From Octopus bimaculoides (lineage: Eukaryota): a stretch of 55,291 bases of DNA. Below, in pieces: positions 36,127-48,090 of this stretch. Below the pieces are notes generated by a model. The model was not told where the DNA came from. It made no database searches and worked only from the letters and a program-made list of their open reading frames with translations. The stretch's first letter is position 1; every line of letters begins with the position of its first letter. A program made the position numbers and the translations under genes. Location of the stretch: the NCBI RefSeq assembly GCF_001194135.2, contig NC_068996.1, positions 51,571,290 to 51,626,580 on the forward strand, read 5' to 3'.

Positions 36127-37737
36127 CAGGGTGCATAAGGTATTTGAGGACATACCATTTTTGGGGTCAATGCTGCATTTTTTGCTAACTCTGTATAATC
36201 TTTGTTTCAAAAAATATAGGCGCAGGAGTGGCTGTGTGGTAAGTAACTTGCTTACCAACCACATGGTTCCGGGTTCATTCCCATTGCGTGGCACCTTGGG
36301 CAAGTGTCTTCTACTATAGCCTCGGGCCGACCAAAGCCTTGTGAGTGGATTTGGTAGACGGAAACTGAAAGAAGCCCGTCGTATATATATGTATATATGT
36401 ATATGTGTGTATATGTTTGTGTCTGTGTTTGTCCTCCCAACATTGCTTGACAACCAATGCTGGTGTGTTTACGTCCCTGTAACCTAGCGGTTCAGCAAAA
36501 GGGACCGATAGAATAAGTACTAGGCTTACAAAGAATAAGTCCTGGGGTCCATTTGCTTGACTAAAGGCGGTGCTCCAGCATGGCCACAGTCAAATGACTG
36601 AAACAAGTAAAAGAGTAAAAGAGTAAAGAGTAATAGCAGGCCCTCAGCTTACTCATGAAATAAAGAGGCATTCTGTTATTGTGGTTATAAAAGTTGAGCA
36701 TAGCGATTTAGAAATATTTCAATTTTTAAAAGTTGCCAGATCTTTCATCTACAAAGTTTGTAAGGAGCTAGAGACTAGAGATGGAAACATATCACCAATA
36801 TCAAAGCATAAAAAGCAATCTAAATGCTCTGAAACCATCAGAACACCTGAATTTATCCAGCAAGTTCAACAGCCCATTGATTACAATTCCAGGAAGTCCA
36901 TGAGGTCAATTGCAAAAGATCTCCATGTATTAGAAGGAACAGTCAGAAATGTTGTCCATGAAGACATCAGATATAAGTCTTATATGATGAGGAAAGGTTA
37001 ATCTGTCAGAAAAAGCAAAAGAAAATCACTACATCAGATCTAAAAAGCTCTTAAACAAACTGAAAAATCCAGCAGAAGAAGATTTGATTTGGTTTTTTTC
37101 ATACAAGAAAAACTTCAACCAAGAAGAAATGACAGATGGTTATGTGCCAACCCTTCTGAAGTTCCAAGTATTATGCATACAAAATTTTCTGCAACTGTCA
37201 TGGTTTTAGGGGTTGCCAGCAATGAAGGACATGTGATGCCTCCTTACTTCTTTCCACAAGGCCTTAGAGTTAACTCTGCACCTACATTGAGGTCCTGGAA
37301 ATAATTGTTAAGACAGTGTATGCAATGGAAAGCCATATGTGTTTTAGTAAGACTGCATTATCACACATGGAATGGATGGCTGGAAATTTTCATGATCACA
37401 CAACCCCTAACATTTGGCCTCCTAATTCCCCAGATCTCAATCCATTACATGTGAAGTGTTGTTGAGAGAGAGGTCAATGAACATGCCCATAACACCAAAG
37501 ATTCTTTGAAAGCTGCCATAGTCAGAGAAATGTCCAAAATGAAGCAGGACCACTTGATTCGAGCATGGAGATGATTTAGATCTCATATTGAAGCAGTTGT
37601 TGAAGCTAAAGGTGGCTTTATAGAAAAGAAGGTTTGTTTTTATCCTCATAACATTTTTTGATAAATAAAGTTATTATCTGTTATTATATGTCTGTTTTAT
37701 AAACATAAATCTCTCCGCAAATATCTTACACACCCTA
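36127..37737 (+). mobile_element. maT/Bmmar1-like (DD37D) Tc1-mariner transposon, defective; transposase remnant ~36655-37626
   Basis: TA-flanked ~26-bp TIRs (CAGGGTGCATAAGGTATTTGAGGACA versus TAGGGTGTGTAAGATATTTGCGGAGA). Motifs KSMRSIAKDL, NDRWLC, ATVMVLGV.SNEG.VMPP, WPPNSPDLNPL. Subfamily from motif resemblance; spacing not countable. Confidence 0.85.
36219..36632 (+). mobile_element. Full-length family-B CORE SINE nested in the maT element
   Basis: GGCGCAGGAGTGGCTGTGTGGTAAG head through (AAGAGTA)n tail. Confidence 0.92.
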
Positions 37738-37764
37738 TACATAAGTATATGGATATTTATATAT

Positions 37765-38320
37765 ATCATTATCATCATCATCGTTTAACATCTGCTTTCT
37801 GTGCTGGCATGGGTTGGATGATTTGACTGAGGACTGGCAAGCCAGAAGGCTGCACCAGGCTCAAACTGATCTGGCAAAGTTTCTACAGCTGGATGCCCTC
37901 CCTAATGCCAACCACTCCAAGAGTGTAGTGGGTACTTTTTACGTGCCACTGGCACAAGGGCAAGTCAGGCGGTTCTGGCAACGACCACACTCAAAAGGAG
38001 TTTTTATATGCTACCTGCACAGGAGCCAGTCCGGCAGCACTGGCAACGACCACACTCAAATGTTGTTTTTCATATGCCACCAGCACATGTGCCGGTAAGG
38101 CGACACTGGCAACAATCATGCTCAAATGGTGCTATTCATGTGTCACTGGCACAGAATCCAATCCATGGCCCTGGCAACGATCATGCTCAGATGTGCTTTT
38201 AACATTCCACTGGCATGAGTGCCAGTCAGGCGGTACAGTCATCAGCCACATCAGCGATTTTGATTTGTTTACACTTGCCTCAATAGGTCTTCAGAAGCAA
38301 AGTTCATTGTCCAACGATTG
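37765..38320 (-). mobile_element. RTE-type 3' UTR with ~5 copies of a ~65-bp subrepeat
   Basis: Tail plus repeated GCCAC(T/C)(G/A)GCAC...CTGGCAAC.A.CA..CTCA units. Confidence 0.85.
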
Positions 38321-38330
38321 AGGGAGAATC

Positions 38331-38381
<51 letters not shown>

Positions 38382-38629
38382 CACATAAATATATATGTAA
38401 AATAATATGAATATAAATATGTATCAAGATATACATATGTGTAGCAATACATCTACATTCATCATGTGTGTGTATGCACGTGTTTATGTGTGTGTGTGTG
38501 TACATATAAGTATGTATTAAGAGAAAGGAGATTGTTAGGATTTTGGATAATTATTTATTTAGCACTTTCATCTCCTTTGAGAGATTTATCATGAATGAAT
38601 TATTTACAGAAATTTCATGCTTTATATAT

Positions 38630-38670
38630 ACTAGCAGAGATACCCAGCCTTGCTCAGGATTAAAATGGCA
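38630..38670 (-). mobile_element. Isolated Helitron-type 3' terminus
   Basis: A-CTAG followed by CAGAGATACCCAGCCTTGCTCAGGATT, similar to 43013-43045. Confidence 0.5.
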
Positions 38671-38680
38671 TAGATTTTTA

Positions 38681-38980
38681 TTGCTTTACTTGTTTCAGTC
38701 ATGTGACTGTGGTCATGGTGGAGCACTGCCGTTGGTCGAAGAAATCAACCACAGGATTTATTTTTTGTAAGCCTAGTACTCATCGTGTCAGTGTCTTTTA
38801 CCAAACCGCTAAGTTACGGGAATGTAAACACAGTAACATCAGTTGTCAAGCAATGGTGGGGGTACAAAGACAAGACACTGGCACACACATATACAAATAT
38901 ACACATACATACGACAGTCTTCTTTCAGTTTCCGAGTAAGAAATCCACTCAAGATTTTGGTCAGCCTGAGGCTATAGTAA
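38681..38980 (-). mobile_element. Family-B SINE, head lost at the (TA)n run and gap
   Basis: Reverse complement of tail and core. Confidence 0.8.
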
Positions 38981-39031
<51 letters not shown>

Positions 39032-39366
39032 NNNNNNNNNNNNNNNNNNNNNNNNNNNNNNNNNNNNNNNNNNNNNNNNNNNNNNNNNNNNNNNNNNNNN
39101 NNNNNNNNNNNNNNNNNNNNNNNNNNNNNNNNNNNNNNNNNNNNNNNNNNNNNNNNNNNNNNNNNNNNNNNNNNNNNNNNNNNNNNNNNNNNNNNNNNNN
39201 NNNNNNNNNNNNNNNNNNNNNNNNNNNNNNNNNNNNNNNNNAAAAAAAAAACATATGGCCGATTCCGGGCATTGCTATCTTGTAAGGTGTGGATTTCTAT
39301 AGATGCAACACACACACACACACACACTCACAAACCAAGCTATACTATTGTTATAGATATATATAT

Positions 39367-39431
<65 letters not shown>

Positions 39432-40196
39432 TGAGTCACTTGAAAAAATCCAGAGTTGAATTGAGAAAAGGATGTGTGCGTGTGTTGAATTTTTTGAGTC
39501 TTGGTTAGAAAGAGTAAACATCTGAAAATATGTGGAAACACCAGTTTCAAGATGTTTCCCTTCTACAAATACCCAAGGGATAACCAAAAGTACTGGAGGG
39601 CGACGGAATTACATTTTATCAAAAAGTTCTTCCTGAACTAAATGGATGAGAAAGAAAAAATATAAACTAATAATTGCATGAGAAATCTTTATTTAAAAAA
39701 AATGAGTCTCCCAGATGAACCAAATCAGATTATCACTGGATATTATCATTAATAATTTTCTCGTTACTTTTACGAAAATAACTGAAAAAATTCACTGAAG
39801 CAACCAACACACACACACACACACTTTCTCTCTCACACACACACACTTTCTCTCTCACACACACACACTTTCTCTCTCACACACACACACTTAAATACAT
39901 ATACATATTTAAAAACCTTCCAAAGCAATTTGATAGATTTCATTTTCCACAGCCAGGTAACATGATAACTGACCAATACAATGACTAACAGAAAATTGAC
40001 TTTTTGAATTACCATTACTTTCAACCATCCCATAAAAGACTCCTTTCAACATGACAACTGACCAAAAATACAATGCAATTTCAACCATTCCACAAAATAC
40101 TTTTTTTCTTTCTTTCTTCCTTACTTTTTTCCTTCCTGTCTTTCTTATTTTCTACCTGTCCCTCTTCCTTTTATTATTTTCACTCTCTAACCAAGC

Positions 40197-40560
40197 CTAT
40201 ATATATATATAAATAATACAGAATGGGACAAGAATGCAAAACATCCAGACAGTTAGGTGATACAAGAAAGGCACAAAACATAGAGATAGACGATGCAAAG
40301 AAAACATGGACAGGTCTTTCAGAGTTTTCTCTTTTCAGTCGAGATCCAGATTATCCTTGCAATTTCAGCTGGTTATTCTCGATATTGCTCCAATCTGGCC
40401 TGCCCCAAGGTAAAACTAAGCTAAGAGCATTAGATTCCTTGGAAGGAAGCAGCGAATGTATACAAAAAGAAGGACGGAAAAAAACGAACAATGTTACACA
40501 AATACAATAAAAATAATAAAACGGGACATAACAACAGGTGTTTTTCGAATAAGGACGAAT
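40197..40560 (-). mobile_element. Probable Penelope-like terminal-repeat remnant
   Basis: Ends at (TA)n; hammerhead-like CTGAAAA-GAG-AAAA-CTC-T-GAAA at 40338-40314 on the minus strand. Confidence 0.45.
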
Positions 40561-40739
40561 TAAATTAAGCTGGTGTTGTGGAACTAAGGCCTTACAGTGG
40601 GGATACAAGATTTCACAGGCACAGGAAGGAATAACGATGTTGCATGCACAACGGCCGGCCAAGAAAATATATACANNNNNNNNNNNNNNNNNNNNNNNNN
40701 NNNNNNNNNNNNNNNNNNNNNNNNNNNNNNNNNNNNNNN

Positions 40740-40770
<31 letters not shown>

Positions 40771-41553
40771 CATACATGTATGTATGTGTTCATACACATA
40801 CATTTAATGTATTTGCAAAGTGGATTCACCAGTTGGCCTCAATGAATAAAAGTCTAACAGCCAATATCACAGCTGCTAAGCTTCGCCTGCACATGATTTG
40901 TTTTCAGTTTGTTTAGGACCAACCACACTTTTGGGAAATTCTGATCGTAGTAAGTTGATACAAATGTTTCCAAAAGATTAAATAAATGACATATCCCGGG
41001 CTTCTCTTTAGATTAGAATTCTCCATCTCGTGGGTTATTTACTGTCACCATGGCTGAGCAATTTCTAAGTCCTCCAAAGATCAAATGAGCTGCCATTGAA
41101 ATACTGGTTGTAGATTGCTTGCAGTTAATCACACCAACTGCATTTATTCTTGAAACAGCTGTAAGGTACAATCTACATGTTCTCCTTCTCTTTCAGTTTA
41201 GGATTTTACCTATGACAACCTGCCTTAACCTACTATGTAATATTAATAAGACAAACTGACCTTATTCCAGTAGTATATTAGCATATTTCACAGCCATTAA
41301 TAACATTCCTAAATTGAGCTTTTACTGATGTCTTGTCATTTAAACAAGTCATAGCATTCATTTATCCCTATGTATTGTTTTTAAATGTATAAATAAATAA
41401 ATGTCATAATCTGACCTAATACATGTTGTTTACTGGTCTATACTTTTATTCTATTGTACACACACAGACACACATATACATACATACACATATACATTAT
41501 ATATATATACATTATATATATACATATATACACACATACACATATATATTTTG

Positions 41554-41588
<35 letters not shown>

Positions 41589-41689
41589 TACATATACATA
41601 TATATTCATACACATATGCATACATATATATATATATATATACATACACACACACACATACATATACATATATATTCATACACATATAC

Positions 41690-41749
<60 letters not shown>

Positions 41750-42280
41750 ACAAACAGACAGACACGCAAGCAGATAACACTTAGATGTAAAAACGAAATC
41801 AATGTTGTTACGTAATTGTATTCAAGCTTGCAATCTCTTTTCAATGGTAAAAGTAATTATTTCATCACATATTTATGTAGATCTGTACTATAATTAATTA
41901 ATTAACATATGAATTATTTAATGTATGGATTTACATAAATTTAATAATGTCATATAACAACATAGTCTTCACTCTTGTGGATGTGACCTATACAGATTTC
42001 CATTTCTTACACTCGATTTTGTTTCTTTCATCTTGTTCCATTTTTTGCATCAACCTTCTTTGTTTTCTCACATTTTTTTTTTTCTTACTGTCCAGTATCC
42101 TTGTTTTTAAAATATGTATAACACATAAACAGAGACTGAAAGATTGCTCGGAGATACATGGCATATTTTATAAATATGCCTATCAATAGTATCATAAAAG
42201 CATAAATTATTAATAGCCTTTTCAGTTATGCATTAAATAAAAATTTTAATTATTTCTTTCATTGGTTCTACCTATATTGG

Positions 42281-42319
<39 letters not shown>

Positions 42320-42325
<6 letters not shown>

Positions 42326-42590
42326 TATATATGCATATATGGGTACAGGATATCACCAACAGTAAACAACATGAAATATGAAAAGAAATGAGTTAAATAC
42401 GCAAACATTAAGAGAAAAAATGGAAGACAGGACAAGTAACACTAACAAAGACCCTTCATCAGTTGTTGGCTGTCTATCTACTCCTTATGTCAAACATTGA
42501 ACAACAGTATGAGTCTTCGAAAACAGTTGCTCCCATAAATACCAAACTAAAATTTGGGATTTATGGAGGGTCAAAGTTGGGAACAAAAAC
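42320..42590 (-). mobile_element. Probable Penelope-like terminal-repeat remnant
   Basis: Ends at (TA)n; CTGATGAAGGG on the minus strand; architecture like 5648-5852. Confidence 0.4.
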
Positions 42591-43012
42591 AGGACAGTGG
42601 AGACATACAAGGAAACCTGCAAAGACCTGTTGGGGCAAGTGAAATCGAAGTCGTAATTGAACCATATTCGATGACTGGCACCTGTGCCAGTGGAGCACTA
42701 ACAGCACTGTCCGAGCATGATCATTGCCAGAACAGCTGTCTGGCTTCCGTGCCAGTGGCACATAAATAGCACCATTTGAGCATGATCGTTACCAGCGTCA
42801 CCTTACTGGCACTTGTGCCGGTGGCACGTTAGAAAATCATTCGAGCGAGGTCGTTGCCAATTCCGCTGGACTGGCTCCTGTGCAGGTGGCACGTAAAAAA
42901 TACCATTTTGAGCGTGACCATTGCCAGTACCACGTAACTGGCCCTCTCAAATCGTCCAACCCATGCTAGCATGGAAAGTGGACGTTAAACGATGATGATG
43001 ATGATGATGATA
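42590..43012 (+). mobile_element. RTE-type 3' UTR with ~66-bp subrepeats and (GAT)n tail
   Basis: GTGCC(A/G)GTGGCAC units of 65-67 bp; internal deletion before TCAAATCGTCCAACCC. Confidence 0.85.
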
Positions 43013-43770
43013 CTAGCAGATGTATCCGGCATTGCCCAGATTAAAGATAATAATGAGATTTCTTTCAGAAATTTGATATATGATTTTTTTTCTTAATAAT
43101 CATTGTGATTAGTGACTCTAACATTACTGGCATAAATTCTGTAAGATCAACAGCAATAATACTTGAAATAGAAAACACATAAAAGCAAGTTATGATAAAT
43201 CCTTACATACAACATTATGAGTTTTTCCCAGTGAAGTATAAATGAAAAGATTTTCTGAACATGAGAGAAGCAAGGCTCCCTTAATCCCAAACCAGTTACT
43301 GATAATGTCTGTCCTTGTGATTTGTTGATGGACATTGCAAAATTTAGTCTAATTGGAAACTGTATTCTTTTAAATTGTACTGGTAAATCAGTAGGATTTA
43401 ATGGAATTCTAGTAACGAATACATTAATTAACACTTGCTCCACATCCAGAGAGTAGAGTAGTTTCTATAACATACAGCATCATTTTCTTCACAATAAGCC
43501 TTACTCCATTGCAGAATTTTGGAGGATCCCAAATTTCTTGGGAGTATTAAAGGTACTTCAAGTTTCAAATCAAGCTTATGAGGAGGTAAACTTGGTGGTT
43601 CCAGTAAGTTTTAAAATTTAACAGGATAATTTACGATTTCTGATTGGTCAACAACAGTGTCAATAGAGCTGTATAATTGGCAATTTCCTGGATGGGCATA
43701 TACTGGATTGCTTCGTGTATATATGCTTAATCTAAGGTATACCTGCTGAAGAAGACTTCGCCTAGCAAAT
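43013..43770 (-). mobile_element. Helitron 3' remnant (PIF1-type RepHel helicase C-terminus)
   Basis: YSSIDTV..VNYP...LEPPSLPPHKL.LK...RNL.PPKFCNG.RL and FKRIQFPIRLNFAMSINKSQGQTL...EPCFSH; 3' end ...GGGCAATGCCGGATACATCTGCTAG|T. Confidence 0.92.
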
Positions 43771-44371
43771 TATTTTATTTGCTAAAATAAGTCTGAAACC
43801 ATTGATCCAGGAGTTAGATAGTAAATGTTTTTATTTTTCATTCCCTTCAAAGTTTTATCCCTAAATAGTGGTTTGGAATTTAACTGTTCTATCTAACATG
43901 CAAGGAATCCTATGATGGATATCTCTTATGTATTTAAATGTACACTGTATTTATATGAATAATATATAGTCTATGGACTGAATTTTACACGCTAGGCCAC
44001 TGGTAGTAGAAATTTCTAATATTTCTTATTACCCTTGATATTATTAATTATTGATAATTTTTTCTGGATAATTATCGATTTGAAAAGCCGGCATTCTATT
44101 TATTGCTGACAAGAAACTGCACTTGAGTGGTAGATTTGAATCTCTCAACAATATACATTTATTTATCAAAAAATCCTGTACAGTCTCATGTAACTTCATG
44201 ATTCTCATCCAAGATGGAGACAAGTACTAACGTTCCATGTGGCAGGCTAGATAATTATTGTGAGATTTCTCTTGGCATGAAACCAATGGTAGCCTTGTTA
44301 ACCAACAAATAAAATATTTATCCATGAATATGGTGTTGAGCACTCATTCTCACTGTTCAATATTAGAGTGC

Positions 44372-44465
<94 letters not shown>

Positions 44466-44609
44466 GCATGTGTGCATTTGCATACAAGTACATGTTGTAT
44501 ATGTAGACATTGATATGTATAAACATCTGTATAAATATATATATACATGCCTAATACATACATATGTATACATCTTCACATATATACTTTCTTCTACTAC
44601 TAAGCACTG

Positions 44610-45588
44610 ACCTGTCCAACCACCTAAATTCCTAAATTCTGAAACGGGCAGAAGATAACATGAAAGTCAACTTTTATTTACAGACAAAACTTGTGCTACC
44701 CTTGATGAACTTGATGGTTGGAGCAAGGGCTGGGTTGTAAATGGGTGAGATATTCACCAATGCTTGAGACATCAACAAGGGGGAGGAGGCATCAAGATTT
44801 GGGCAGGTATTATGGCTGATTCTTGGAAAGTACCTGACAGTATTGAAATGACTGTGGATGCTTACAGAGCCATTCTAAATGAGCACCTTGAACCTTGGTT
44901 AAAAAAGCAAAGTATTACCTGCAAAACAACTGTAATATTCAGGCAAGATTATGTGCCCTCACTCTACAAAGAAAACTAGAATATCTGCAACAATTGGGCT
45001 TCTGTGGACCTCAGAAGCTGAAGTGGCCTGCCTGTTCCCCTTGACTTAAACCCAATAGAAAAACTTGTGGAGTATTCTAAAGCAATGAGTTTATGAGAAT
45101 GGATGCCAATTTAAGAACAAGAATGAACTGTGGCAGGCAATAGTCGGTGTATCCCATGGCATAACATCAGAGGAGATCCAGAAACTAGCATGTTCCATAG
45201 ATGTGCACCTTTTCCAACTTACTTCCAATGGAAAGGCTCATATATCCTTTATTAACCAGCTCACCTATCATTTTTGAATGCTGTTTATTTCTATTTCTTC
45301 CATGGACTTTATGCCTGTATGTGTTCATTTCAGTATCTACATCAAACAATTAAATCAGTATTTTCTTGTTTAAATGAGTTTTAATTACATCTTGCTAGTA
45401 ATTTGAAACAGTGGAAATTTACGTAAATTTGGTAAATGGCCATAGTTTCTGTATAGGTTTATGGAACCACTTGTTTTTTTTCCATACCACACAATTGTTG
45501 CCATCATTCTGTGAAAATTTTGTTGAATTCCAACAAGTTGATTTTAAATAAAAATTTTTAAATGTTACATCATTAATAATTTGAAATA

Positions 45589-45593
<5 letters not shown>
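44610..45593 (+). mobile_element. TRT-like (DD37E) Tc1 transposon, 5'-truncated remnant
   Basis: LFTD...ATLD..DGWSKGWV, RHQQGGGG..IWAGI, QD..PS...WPACSPDLNPIE.LW. Reconstructed D-to-E spacing is 37 (108 nt raw; inferred net -3 indels). 3' end TAATTTGAAA(TA)CAGTG repeated. Confidence 0.8.
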
Positions 45594-45625
<32 letters not shown>

Positions 45626-47127
45626 NNNNNNNNNNTGTGTGTGTGTGTGTGTGTATGTGTGTGTTTGTGTGTGCGTGTGTGTGTGCGTGTGTGCGTGCGT
45701 GTGTGTGTGTAGATAAAGCCAGTATCTTCTGCTGACTGAGAATGTAAAATCAAATAATGTAAGGTGTCACTTTAACATCTTGATAATTCAAAATATCCAC
45801 CGAAATTGTCATAAAATTTTCCACGGCAAGGTAATTAGCAAGCGCAGCAATTAAACATTACTGAACTTACACATAAAATTACAGTTTCACATTTTATACA
45901 CACTAAATGAAACTTTGGCTCAAAAAGCCTTGAGATCAACTTTGACAAATTAGCATGATGTCTTGAAACTCAAGTTATGAGATATGAAAAATGAAAATGG
46001 CTTTCCTTAGCAGCAAGAAGCTCCAATTCAATTATTTTCTTACATTTAAAAAAAAAAAAGGTATCTAATGGGGATGAATTAGCATCAGCACATGCCTTGT
46101 GCCTTTGAAATTTCAAATGGTTTTTAGTAACCGCCCTGTTTCCATGTGTCACAAAGAGCACCACTAATAAATTATCACATTTTACCTCATCCACATAAAA
46201 TAAAGAGGAATACAAAGTATGTAACCCTATTGGTTTAGTGACTGGCATATAAAACTGGGAAGTGTGAAACCTAGGACAAATTGATACAGTCAAAAATATT
46301 GCAAGAAAAACACCAATGAAATATGAAGATTGAATTGTTTATTCATGAAACAATGAAAACAGTTCAATCCTAGAATTCATGTTTATGAATGTACACAGCA
46401 GAATAATGCGAGCACTCACAAGAGACAAGGTTTATGTTCCCAGAAATATGAGAGAGAGAGAGAGAGATAAAGTGAGAAAGAAACACAGAAAGAGACTGAG
46501 AGAAAGTGAGAGAGAGAGAGAATTGACTTTGGTTGCCAAAAACCCAGCAGTTAGCTGTGGCTGTCTAAGCTTAACTAGGCCAGAGTAATAGATAGAGTAA
46601 GAAAAAGGTGACAAAAAAGTTGACAGCAGCAGACTTGTATGCACAAATTGTCAACTAGTTTTGGTGAATTATCTGTGGCACAAGTTCAGTCTATTCAAGC
46701 TCAGTAGTGTCTTTCCATTTCCCATGGAAATGGTGTCTTATATAAAGCAAACAGCTATTTATGAGTTCAGAGAAGCAGAGGGCTTATATTCAGGTTCTGA
46801 CCACTACAAGTGTTTCATATATATCTGGAGAGAATCAACAGTTTACACTTTTTCAGTCTTGCCATTATGAACCCTTTAGCATTTAAACTGGCCATGTAAT
46901 GTATGATTAATTGTAAAAAATGTAAATAAACATGCATTATATTTGATAGAGTAATTAGAATGATAAAGATTTAAAATCATTAAAAAAAATAACAAACAAA
47001 ATTTTAAACTGGTTGGGCACCAGAGCAGCATGGCTAAATCAAGACAGTCTTACACAAACACAAAAGCAAACACACACGCACACACACACGCATAGTTGAA
47101 TAGTAACGGTTAGCATTATTTTATTCT

Positions 47128-47242
47128 TTACTCTTTTACTTGTTTCAGTCATTTGACTGCGGCCATGCTGGAGCACCACCTTTAGTCGAGTAAATCAACC
47201 CTAGGTCTTATTCTTTGTAAGCCTAGTACTTATTCTATCGGT
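47128..47242 (-). mobile_element. Family-B SINE tail fragment
   Basis: CTTTTACTTGTTTCAGTCATTTGACTGCGGCCATGCTGGAGCACC. Confidence 0.8.
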
Positions 47243-47490
47243 CTCATTTTGTGGATGGCATTGTAAATTGTTTTAGCAACAACATCGTGCCACATAGGGA
47301 GGTAGTGCCATGGCGACATTTTAGGACAGCTGCTAATCACATGCATAATGTCTTCTGCAGAAACATGACATAGCCTACACATGCGGGTTGCACCTTGGGA
47401 TTACAGAGCATCACTGTCTCTCTTGTTCACCAGGCACTTTGTGGCAATCTCCTGTTCCTGGATTGCAAACACATAGCCTTCAAAGTGCAA
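47243..47490 (-). mobile_element. R4/Dong-clade LINE zinc-knuckle fragment
   Basis: HFEGYVFAIQEQEIATK...CRLCHVSAEDIMHVISSCPKM...HDVVAKTIYN (CCHC motif). Confidence 0.85.
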
Positions 47491-48090
47491 TGTATGTATG
47501 TATTTTTGTATGTATGTATGTATTTTTGTTTGTATGCATGTACGTATGCATGTATGTATATACGTATGTATTTTTCTATGTATGTATGTATATATTTTTG
47601 TTTGTATGTATGTATTTTTGTATGTATGTATGTATGCATGCATGTATGTATGTATATACGTATGTATGTATGTATGTATGTATGTATGTATTTTTGTATG
47701 TATTTTTGTTTGTATGCATGTACGTATGCATGTATGTATATACGTATGTATTTTTCTATGTATGTATGTATATATTTTTGTTTGTATGTATGTATTTTTG
47801 TATGTATGTATGTATGCATGCATGTATGTATGTATATACGTATGTATTTTTCTATGTATGTATGTATGTATGTATGTATGCATGTATGTATGTATATACG
47901 TATGTATGTATTTTTGTATGTATGTATGTACGTATGAATGCATATATGTATGTATATACGTATGTATTTTTGTATGTATGTATGCATGTATATACGTATA
48001 TACGTATGTATTTTTGTATGTATGTACTTTTGTTTGTATGTATGTATTTTTGTATGTATTTTTGTTTGTATGCATGTATGTATGTATGTA
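47491..48090. repeat. (TATG)n-derived satellite with a 180-bp higher-order duplication
   Basis: 47515-47667 is identical to 47695-47847. Confidence 0.9.

Noticed and set aside
37930-38230. CRISPR-like periodic repeats with palindromes
   Set aside because: Inter-palindrome segments are homologous to each other rather than unique spacers; the array is part of a dispersed retroelement UTR; no cas genes; animal DNA.
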